DNA of 64,000 nucleotides, taken from the IMG/VR virus record IMGVR_UViG_3300043602_000144. One strand, given 5' to 3'. Made by a program: the position numbers and the translations under genes. Under the pieces are notes generated by a model. The model had not been told where the DNA came from. It did not search any database and saw nothing but the letters and a program-made list of their open reading frames with translations. Shown in pieces: positions 27,751 to 35,281 of the stretch. Each line of letters begins with the position of its first letter. Position 1 is the stretch's first letter. Source of the DNA: an uncultured virus (IMG/VR IMGVR_UViG_3300043602_000144) (lineage: Duplodnaviria > Heunggongvirae > Uroviricota > Caudoviricetes).

Positions 27751-27779
27751 TTTATTTCGGGGCTCATGACGAGTAGACT
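27751..27779 (+). promoter_or_regulatory. Putative promoter TTTATT-N17-TAGACT (TTTAYTTCG class)
   Basis: Divergent intergenic region; palindrome TGTTA-CTGG-TAGCA nearby at 27712-27725. Confidence 0.55.
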
Positions 27780-27813
27780 TGGCGGGCAACCAAAACAAAT
27801 CAGGAGAAATACG

Positions 27814-28179
27814 ATGGCAGAAAATGAAAACGGTGATCTCTCGCAGGAGAGCATGAAACTGGTCGAAGCGGGGAAGGCTGCACATCAAGCTGTCGTTGAT
27901 CTTGCAGAAACCAGACGGCTGAAGATCGAGGAACAAGCAAACGAACTGAAGCTTATCAATCTTGAAGTCGACAGGCTTCGCATTGACGTACACGACATGA
28001 AGCTTAGGATGGCCGACCTGATCAAAGAAAACCAGAAGTCTGACGCGGCGCGGGTGGCCTACGAAACCTTCGTCATCCTTCTGGCGCGACAGATCACGGA
28101 GTTTGTTCCACCATCCCCTCCGGAATACGTACACCGAAGGGAGGAAGAGAAACCCGCCGTGAACGGGCAGGGAAGATGA
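27814..28179 (+). CDS. Coiled-coil hypothetical protein
   Basis: AGGAG RBS; heptad pattern. Confidence 0.65.
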   Translation: MAENENGDLSQESMKLVEAGKAAHQAVVDLAETRRLKIEEQANELKLINLEVDRLRIDVHDMKLRMADLIKENQKSDAARVAYETFVILLARQITEFVPPSPPEYVHRREEEKPAVNGQGR

Positions 28180-28754
28180 GGGTTGCGTCCCTCATTGCGC
28201 TGCTCGCGCTCACAGTGCCAGCCGATGCAAGGTGCTTGAGCAAGAGAGAAGCCGACGCAACATACCCGAGGACGCACCTATACTGGAGCGTCGGCAAGAA
28301 TGGGAAATGCTGGGAAACATCTCTGGCGAGGGCGAGGGTCGCCGCAAAGGGACCCTCGTCACCCGCACCCGTCGTGCCAGTGCAGCGGGATCCGCTGTGG
28401 ATTATCACTCCAGGAAAATACCCTACGCCTCCCATTCAAACTTCGCCGACGCAGCTTGAGGATTATCCGCAGTGGCAATGGATTACGAAAGCGAGGGAGG
28501 CCGAGCGCGAGGCTCCCAAAGAAGGGGAGGGCGTAGTGTACTCCACGTTCGTGGGAGAACCGCCAGATGTCTGGCCTCCGCTAGATAAAGAACAACCCTT
28601 GATTATCAAACTGATAACAATGATGCTGTTGATGATCCTATCATCGACAGTCATTGCAACGATCTGGAGATTTTACAATCAACACAGGAACAAACTATGG
28701 ATGATGATAAGAAGAGGCTCGCCGCCGTATCACGATATGTTCACACGTCTTTGA
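28176..28754 (+). CDS. Exported membrane-anchored protein
   Basis: Signal peptide MRVASLIALLALTVPADA and C-terminal hydrophobic helix. Confidence 0.7.
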   Translation: MRVASLIALLALTVPADARCLSKREADATYPRTHLYWSVGKNGKCWETSLARARVAAKGPSSPAPVVPVQRDPLWIITPGKYPTPPIQTSPTQLEDYPQWQWITKAREAEREAPKEGEGVVYSTFVGEPPDVWPPLDKEQPLIIKLITMMLLMILSSTVIATIWRFYNQHRNKLWMMIRRGSPPYHDMFTRL

Positions 28755-28966
28755 GAATGCTGAAGATGGGCCAGACTGGGACCATCAGTTGCAACAAGGA
28801 CTATCCGGTCGAGACCATCAAGGAATACGTGATGGCCTATGCATTCCACAAACGGAAGTGGTTCAAGGTCACGTACGACAAGATGAATCAAGTGATCTAC
28901 GCTGAAAGAGCTCCACCGCCACCGTGGGATCACGGTGCAACAGAAAGAGAAGAGGAAGAGTTATGA
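28697..28966 (+). CDS. Hypothetical protein
   Basis: AGGA RBS; overlaps neighbours. Confidence 0.6.
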   Translation: MDDDKKRLAAVSRYVHTSLRMLKMGQTGTISCNKDYPVETIKEYVMAYAFHKRKWFKVTYDKMNQVIYAERAPPPPWDHGATEREEEEL

Positions 28967-29196
28967 GAAATACTATTGCAGTCACGCTGCTGATCTGGTC
29001 CTGCATCGCCGCGCATGGTGCAGGCCAGACGTTCAAGAACGCGAACGGTCAAGTCGTCGGCCGCTCGACCACGAACAATGCTGGCACCCAATACTACGAC
29101 AGCATGGGGCGGAACACCGGGCGCTCGGTAACGACGAACACCGGCACGACATACTACGATGCCAAAGGACAGATGACGGGGAGAAAGTCTCCGTGA
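28963..29196 (+). CDS. Small secreted protein with internal beta-hairpin repeats
   Basis: Signal peptide; three YD.xG..TGRS-like repeats. Confidence 0.7.
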   Translation: MRNTIAVTLLIWSCIAAHGAGQTFKNANGQVVGRSTTNNAGTQYYDSMGRNTGRSVTTNTGTTYYDAKGQMTGRKSP

Positions 29197-29399
29197 ATGA
29201 TCTACAGATGCAGCGATGGTTCGGTCATCGTTCCGACGAAGCCGTCATGGTGGTCGGTCGCGATTACGTTTACCACGGCTGGATCGTGGCTGTGTTTCAC
29301 AAGCGCAAGGAGAAAGGAGGTTGGCGCTGCGTTGTCGAGGACAAGCATGGGAGACTGTTCATTCAGAGTTCCCATGAGCTGGCCGAGACAAAATCTTGA
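29193..29399 (+). CDS. Hypothetical protein (start uncertain)
   Basis: DYVYHGWIVAVFHKR..RCVVEDKHGRLFI; GTGA overlap. Confidence 0.5.
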   Translation: MNDLQMQRWFGHRSDEAVMVVGRDYVYHGWIVAVFHKRKEKGGWRCVVEDKHGRLFIQSSHELAETKS

Positions 29400-29496
29400 T
29401 AGTAAGAAAATGAGTGGGGTGCTATGATACCTCGCTGCCCTGACGGATATGCATGCCGTCGGGTTCTTCAACCCTCTTGTACAAGGATACCTTAAG

Positions 29497-30192
29497 ATGA
29501 GAAGACTCTTTGGCGCTGCATTCGCAGCGTCGCTTGCTACGTTTGCACTGGCACTGCCAGCGCAAGCAACTATCCTCCTCGACGAGACCGGTCTCGGTGG
29601 GACCGGCAACAACGTCGTCTTCAGCAGCATCGCCAACTCTGGCCTGATCCTTGGCCGTCTCAACGGCCAGAACGACGAGGTCGTCCGCTTCTTGGATCGC
29701 TCCGCCTTCAACCCTGATGGTGGCTTGTTGACTGGTTTGTTCTCGGGATCAGCCAACGGCAACGATATCAAGATCGTAAACACCAGCGAGCTTGATATCA
29801 CGGTGTTCAACTCGACGAACTTGACGCAGCTTGCTGTCACGCGGGATATCTTTTCCATCGTGGGAACAGGCACCCTGTTCATTCGTGCGACAGCCTTGGA
29901 GGCGGACGGCACCTTCAAGGATTTCTTCTTCAGCAGCGTGCTGAAGAACGGACAGAACGGGTTCGATCTCCAAGCCATCGACGGTGAACGAATCTGGGAT
30001 GTTGACCTTCGGGTTGCCGGTGGCTTCATCACCGACTTCGAACACTTCCGCATCGATGTCGCGCCAAACGTGACAGCGGTGCCGATCCCGGCAGTCGGGT
30101 CCGGCCTTCCAATGTTGGTGGCTGGCCTGATGGGGATCGTGGCGTTGAACCGAAAGCGCAAGGCTCGGCTCAATCAAGTAATGGATGCGTAA
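29497..30192 (+). CDS. PEP-CTERM/VPLPA-CTERM-type sorted surface protein
   Basis: Signal peptide ending AQA; C-terminal VPIPA, transmembrane helix, RKRK. Confidence 0.85.
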   Translation: MRRLFGAAFAASLATFALALPAQATILLDETGLGGTGNNVVFSSIANSGLILGRLNGQNDEVVRFLDRSAFNPDGGLLTGLFSGSANGNDIKIVNTSELDITVFNSTNLTQLAVTRDIFSIVGTGTLFIRATALEADGTFKDFFFSSVLKNGQNGFDLQAIDGERIWDVDLRVAGGFITDFEHFRIDVAPNVTAVPIPAVGSGLPMLVAGLMGIVALNRKRKARLNQVMDA

Positions 30193-30216
30193 GAGTTAAG
30201 CATGGCATAAAGTATG

Positions 30217-30249
30217 GGCCGCAGCATTGTCGCTGCGGCCTTTTATTTT
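30217..30249 (+). terminator. Intrinsic terminator
   Basis: GGCCGCAGC-attgtc-GCTGCGGCC followed by TTTTATTTT. Confidence 0.8.
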
Positions 30250-30267
30250 GGAAGGAGCAAGACAACA

Positions 30268-30534
30268 ATGATGTTTCTTATTGGAATGATGATGCTCGTC
30301 ACGGTCAGCGCAGCGTCGGCGCAGATGGTGGGGCGCACCCCGACTCAGACAGTCAACATTAAGAATGAAGCTGGCGAAAAGATCGGCACCGCATACGTCA
30401 CCGGAAATATGATGGTCCTGCGTGATCGTCACGGCACACACTACGCCACGGTGATCAAAGGGCCGGACGGCGAGAAATGGTTTGACGCGAACGGCCAGCC
30501 GACAGACCCGAACAAGCCGCTGCCACTCGAATGA
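30268..30534 (+). CDS. Small secreted protein
   Basis: AAGGAG RBS; signal peptide ending ASA. Confidence 0.65.
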   Translation: MMFLIGMMMLVTVSAASAQMVGRTPTQTVNIKNEAGEKIGTAYVTGNMMVLRDRHGTHYATVIKGPDGEKWFDANGQPTDPNKPLPLE

Positions 30535-30629
30535 ACGCCAGAATTGACTGGGTGTCGGTGATGTTGATCGCAATGATGATGGGAACTATTCTTGTGATGA
30601 TGTGGGTGATATGAAAGATATCGGTGTGC

Positions 30630-30968
30630 ATGATCCGTGAGCCAGAGTTCGCCAAGCGTGTCGCTGCTCAGCGTGAAAAGCGCAACCTCAGCTTGAGCGA
30701 ATGCGCTCGCCTGATGCACGTCACCCGTCAGCAGTTCGGCAACTGGGAATCTGGTATGGCAAAGCCAAAAGGCGAGCGGATGAAACAACTCGCCGTCGTG
30801 CTGGAATGCGACGCCGTCTGGCTGCAGCACGGTGAAAGTTCTGAGCTGGAGCAACGCATTGAAAACGTGATGATGCTGATGCGCTCTGTGGTGCGTGATC
30901 TTGATCATATCTACAAGGCTCTCCAAAATAAAAAAGACCGCCCCGATGAAGAGGCGGCCAAGTCGTAA
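30630..30968 (+). CDS. XRE/Cro-family HTH transcriptional regulator
   Basis: REKRNLSLSECARLMHVTRQQFGNWESG..P..LAVVL..WLQHG. Confidence 0.88.
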   Translation: MIREPEFAKRVAAQREKRNLSLSECARLMHVTRQQFGNWESGMAKPKGERMKQLAVVLECDAVWLQHGESSELEQRIENVMMLMRSVVRDLDHIYKALQNKKDRPDEEAAKS

Positions 30969-30978
30969 CGAGACTTAT

Positions 30979-31224
30979 TTATTTTCGGAATGCCAGACCA
31001 ACCGCTGACATCGCAACATAGGCGATGAGGCTGCTCATCGCGCCGATCCAGCCGTTCTGCCATCCGTAGTAAGCCACAGTCAGAATACAGAGCAGCACCA
31101 GCGGGACATCCAGGCGCCGAAGCTGAAGCCGTCCGCGTGTCCAGATTGGAACGTTGCCCCATTCCTCGAACGCCACCGCACCCCGCACTATCCAACGCGG
31201 GATCGGTATGCGCACGTCAGACAC
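30979..31224 (-). CDS. Small membrane protein at the end of the lysis unit (start uncertain)
   Basis: Two hydrophobic segments. Confidence 0.45.
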   Translation of the reverse strand: MSDVRIPIPRWIVRGAVAFEEWGNVPIWTRGRLQLRRLDVPLVLLCILTVAYYGWQNGWIGAMSSLIAYVAMSAVGLAFRK

Positions 31225-31435
31225 GGCCGACTCTTGGCAGGCCTGGACCAATCACGCCGATGAAGTCGAGCAGCAGGATAATCACTATCAAGACTGCAAC
31301 GACCATCAACGCTATCTTGGCGATGCGCCGGAAGGGCTCGTCCATCGGTACGTTGTCAACCAGATAGTTCAACAACCAGAATACGAGACCGATGACGATT
31401 AGATAAACGACCAATCCTATCAGGGATGATACCAT
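31217..31435 (-). CDS. Two-TM membrane protein, holin candidate
   Basis: AGGAGG RBS; directly after the endolysin. Confidence 0.6.
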   Translation of the reverse strand: MVSSLIGLVVYLIVIGLVFWLLNYLVDNVPMDEPFRRIAKIALMVVAVLIVIILLLDFIGVIGPGLPRVGRV

Positions 31436-31444
31436 CGCAACCTC

Positions 31445-33001
31445 CTAGGATGTTTCTGCAGAATCCTCGCTGAGCAGATGTTGCACATCGAGCAGCATTT
31501 CGTTGGCCTCACGCTTCACCTCAGCTTCGTGGCGGTTGATCGGTCCCCAGTGCTGGCGCAGATAACGCAAGCCGACACCTGTTACGAAGCAATGGAAGGC
31601 CGGAGAGTACTTCGAGAGAAACTGAAACTTGGCACCATCGCCCGTGCCGAAGTTGCCGAGGTCATCCTTATTCAGCTTCACGCCTTCTTGGAACGTCGGC
31701 AGGAAGCCGTTCGGGTTGGCCCAATACTCCTGCAGCAATGGCGGAATCGCCGACGAACACGAGCGGATATTCCACGAGGTCTGATACATCGAGGCTTCTG
31801 CCGTGTCAGCGCTCGTGTTGGTCGCGCTCATGTCGCGGCCCTCACAGTAGCGTCCTGAACTTTCGCGCGCACCAAGTCCCAGCATCAGCACGAACAACGC
31901 ACGCAGCGTATCAATGCCATCTTCCGAGCAGTCCAGGTCGATGGCTGCGAGCTTGTCGCGATACCATGACAGTGCATCCTTGTCGGGGAGGTTGCGATCA
32001 GCCTGCCCTGCAGTCGTCGCTATCGGGTGGCCTTGCATCAGTCTCGTTGCAGCGAGACCGAAACACTGCGCGATGCCTGCAGTGTAGCCGAGCGGCAGCT
32101 TGCCACGGTCTTTCCAAGAGTACTTCGCGATCTCGCTCTTTTTAGCAATGTCCGCGATGCGTCGCGCCTGATCCGCTGGCATCCGGTCGTTGCCAGACAT
32201 CTTCGCGCTTTCCAGATAGTCAAGCGCAGCCCACGTCTTCGGGCCGACGATGCCGTCGCACGTGATGCCCTCACCATAGGCTGCCTGATAACCCCGGACT
32301 GCAGAATCGGTGATAGGCCCGAAGTCGCCATCCGCCGGGAACACGCCGAGCAATTCCTGCACGTAGAGAACATCATCGCCGGCATCGTCAAGCCCGATGG
32401 TCAGCCGTCCAGGCTCCTCCTCCGGAATGACTGGCGTCGTCGGTGGCTTGATAACTTCGGCTGGCGGCGGCTGTTCCTCGATGCGCTGGCCAGATAATGC
32501 CGAGGCCAACGCGCTACAGATCGAAGCGAAGCATTCTTCATATGCGGCAGCGTCGGCAGAACTATCAACAAATACTGTTTCGACCAGCACAGCTTTTTCT
32601 GCCGTCGAGTTAAGAAAAAACAAATTGTCCCGATACTTCGGTCCACGGTTCGGTAGTCCGGTTGACTTGGCAAGCGCATCAGCCACCTTTTTTGCGAGGT
32701 CCTTCTGGGTCAGGTACAAGCATTCACAGCCCATCGGTGACGATGTGGTTTGGTAGGCATTGAAATGAACACTCACGTCGAGCGTTCGTTTCTTGCTGTT
32801 GTGCCAATTGACAATGCGATTGAGGTTCTCGTTCTGGCTGTGGCTGGCATCGTCATGGAAAGTTTCTACGGAAACTCCGCCAGCACGCATCAGCCGCGCG
32901 ACTTCATCAACAACGTCGCGAGCGCAATTCACCTCGTCGAGATATCCACTGGCACCCCGAATATATTTTCCATGCCCTGACGAGATGCAAATGTCTGCCA
33001 T
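31445..33001 (-). CDS. Modular endolysin: Amidase_3, PG-binding domain and C-terminal domain
   Basis: ISSGHG..E, VSVHFNA, VLVE Zn-amidase motifs; DGDFGPITDSAVRGYQ..DGIVGPKTW. Confidence 0.9.
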   Translation of the reverse strand: MADICISSGHGKYIRGASGYLDEVNCARDVVDEVARLMRAGGVSVETFHDDASHSQNENLNRIVNWHNSKKRTLDVSVHFNAYQTTSSPMGCECLYLTQKDLAKKVADALAKSTGLPNRGPKYRDNLFFLNSTAEKAVLVETVFVDSSADAAAYEECFASICSALASALSGQRIEEQPPPAEVIKPPTTPVIPEEEPGRLTIGLDDAGDDVLYVQELLGVFPADGDFGPITDSAVRGYQAAYGEGITCDGIVGPKTWAALDYLESAKMSGNDRMPADQARRIADIAKKSEIAKYSWKDRGKLPLGYTAGIAQCFGLAATRLMQGHPIATTAGQADRNLPDKDALSWYRDKLAAIDLDCSEDGIDTLRALFVLMLGLGARESSGRYCEGRDMSATNTSADTAEASMYQTSWNIRSCSSAIPPLLQEYWANPNGFLPTFQEGVKLNKDDLGNFGTGDGAKFQFLSKYSPAFHCFVTGVGLRYLRQHWGPINRHEAEVKREANEMLLDVQHLLSEDSAETS

Positions 33002-33013
33002 GTTTGTCTTCCT

Positions 33014-34402
33014 TTATGCGTCGACTTGATTGCCATCTGACGGAGGTAGCTCCGCGGGCGCTGCCGGTGTTTCTGCTGGCTTATCTTCTGGGAACGTAAT
33101 GCCGCTGTGAATCTCTTGATCTGTCGCAGGCGTCTCCGGTGCGGCCGGAACCAATGTCGGCGGCTTCGGCTCTGTCTTCTCTTCTCTGGGATAGTCCGGG
33201 TATTTCGAACTGTAATCTGGAACAGGATCGCGGACGTTGCAGCGTGTCTGATAGCCGACGCCTCGAGTATAGTTATGCTCGACCTCTGTCATCAGGTAGA
33301 TGCCATCGACTCCTGGTCTTGCGTCGATGATGTGAAGGAGCGCACCAGCCTTGCACTGCGGCTCGCCGTTGATCAGCGCCCATCCAGTTCCTCGAGATGT
33401 CTCTGAGTCGGAAGCAGTCCCGGCGTTGGACTGATCAGCAACATCGTAGCCCGGAACGGAATTAATCAAGTGTGCCACGGCATTCGCCTTGCCGAAGGGC
33501 CTGCCTGCAGCGCTGACGGCGGTCTTCAGTATTTCGTGGGTGGCATTGTTCAGGTCGAAATATTTCGAGGCTGACTCGCTGTACTGCGTCCGACCCGAAA
33601 ACGGCTTGATCCTCCAGCCAATCAGGTTGACTCCCCACACCGCGTCGACCACTGGCATGTCCACGCCGTCGACGTTTACCTTTTCGTGAGCGCCGACGAG
33701 GATCATCGTATTGTTGGAGACCTTGAACATGCCTCCGAGTTCCTTCGCCATGCGCTGGCCGAAATGATGCGGGCTTTCGTTGACATGCCAGAAGTCCCGA
33801 GTGATCTTCATCATCTGCGGGGAAAGCTTCGCTGTCATTCCAGCTTTCCCGGCCATGTCCATCATGACCTTGATGAGTGGGATCTTGCCTGCACCGCCGT
33901 CAGCACCGCCACCGCTTGTCGGGGTTTGCTCCGGCTGACTGTCGTCCTCTTTTCCCTCTCCATAGGATTGACTCTGTATCTGTTTCCCAGGACCCTTCGT
34001 GTTGACTGCCTCGGCCTCGATCCATAGTCTGCGTCCGCCGCCTCGTCGCGTGAAGCCGGACTCGACCGATGTCACGAAGCCCATGAACACGAGCCGCATT
34101 CCGGGACCGCCGAACTTCAACTCCGTCGCCAGTTCTTCTTCGGTCAGGTGCGCTCGCTGCCCGAACAGTCTCGGGCCTTCACCGGCCCAGCCGAGCAGCA
34201 CCGCGATGCCGACGCCGTCTGGCGGGATTTGCAGTTCAGCATTCCTGTCGTCAAGCTCGAGGTTGCATTTGTCCATGCCACCTTCGAACGTGTCGATGAC
34301 CTGGACCGAAATCAAATACGGATTGAGTTTCGCCGTGACGTTCTGACCGCCGACGACGATCTGGCAGGCTGCCCGCCGACGCGGACCTTGATGTTCAGCC
34401 AT
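33014..34402 (-). CDS. Baseplate hub, P2 gpD-like late control protein
   Basis: DKCNLELDDR, V.LGW, GVDGIY..VEHNY..GYQT. Confidence 0.85.
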   Translation of the reverse strand: MAEHQGPRRRAACQIVVGGQNVTAKLNPYLISVQVIDTFEGGMDKCNLELDDRNAELQIPPDGVGIAVLLGWAGEGPRLFGQRAHLTEEELATELKFGGPGMRLVFMGFVTSVESGFTRRGGGRRLWIEAEAVNTKGPGKQIQSQSYGEGKEDDSQPEQTPTSGGGADGGAGKIPLIKVMMDMAGKAGMTAKLSPQMMKITRDFWHVNESPHHFGQRMAKELGGMFKVSNNTMILVGAHEKVNVDGVDMPVVDAVWGVNLIGWRIKPFSGRTQYSESASKYFDLNNATHEILKTAVSAAGRPFGKANAVAHLINSVPGYDVADQSNAGTASDSETSRGTGWALINGEPQCKAGALLHIIDARPGVDGIYLMTEVEHNYTRGVGYQTRCNVRDPVPDYSSKYPDYPREEKTEPKPPTLVPAAPETPATDQEIHSGITFPEDKPAETPAAPAELPPSDGNQVDA

Positions 34403-34733
34403 CTGGGTTCTCAGGATCGAACACGCTTCCAGGTATGACTGCTCGTGTTGGAGCAGCCTGAGTCATCGAGCCGGATGGTGTGGTGCCCCACAGCACGACG
34501 GTCGCCTTGACCTGCGGCGAGCCTTTGAGTATTTCGAAATCGATCGGGATGCGCACCTGAGTTCCGACGGGAAGGAAAGGACTATAGCGGTGGACCTTGG
34601 CCAGATGCGGATTGTCATCGAGCGTTCGTTCGATGATCCCGGGCGCGCGGTTTCGGTATCGCCGCCAGACGATCAGATCGACCGTGATGCGGTCCGCGCC
34701 GACAGTGACAAGATCATATGATGTTACGTTCAT
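34395..34733 (-). CDS. Tail protein X (P2 gpX-like)
   Basis: TVDLIVWRRY..NPHLA..LPVGTQVRIP..LW. Confidence 0.85.
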   Translation of the reverse strand: MNVTSYDLVTVGADRITVDLIVWRRYRNRAPGIIERTLDDNPHLAKVHRYSPFLPVGTQVRIPIDFEILKGSPQVKATVVLWGTTPSGSMTQAAPTRAVIPGSVFDPENPDG

Positions 34734-35281
34734 GCGCCCTGCGTAGATCCCCAGAGATATCCGAAATGTGCAGCAGGATCGTTCGGTATTGGAACACGCT
34801 GGAAGCTCGCCTCGAACTCGATCTGCTGACCGATGCCGTCATGGGCCAGCAGCGAGTGTCCACGCTGCAACTGATCGATGATGAACCAGCCGAAGTGCCA
34901 GCCATCTCCGCGGAGCAGAGCATGGGCCTGCCCGGTTCTTCGCATGTTATCTAGAACATCTAGATGACCGAGACCGCCGCTGCTTGGCAGGCCAGAAGAT
35001 TCTTTCTCTTCGAGAAGTTTGGTTCGCTCTCTCGCTTTCGCGCTGGTGGCATCCCACTTGGATCGCCAGTTTCTTGTTTGCCTTGCGAAGTAATGCGGGA
35101 AGACTTTGCCCTTGAGCTGGATCTGCTCGTCGTTCTCGCCGACCCATTCACGGTACATTGCAGCGCCGGCGATCTCTTTCCTTGCCCAGTCCGCGGCAGT
35201 GTGATGCGACATCTCGCCGACGTTCATCGGGAAGACCTGAAACTGTATCGGTCCCCATTGGAACAGAACCCAGTTCGCCAT
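34730..35281 (-). CDS. Tail tube initiator, P2 gpU-like
   Basis: LFQWGPIQF, EWVG, LLRGDG..GWFII, QQIEF. Confidence 0.85.
   Translation of the reverse strand: MANWVLFQWGPIQFQVFPMNVGEMSHHTAADWARKEIAGAAMYREWVGENDEQIQLKGKVFPHYFARQTRNWRSKWDATSAKARERTKLLEEKESSGLPSSGGLGHLDVLDNMRRTGQAHALLRGDGWHFGWFIIDQLQRGHSLLAHDGIGQQIEFEASFQRVPIPNDPAAHFGYLWGSTQGA

Noticed and set aside
30630..30968. XRE gene as evidence of lysogeny
   Set aside because: No integrase, partition genes or divergent cI/cro switch in the window.
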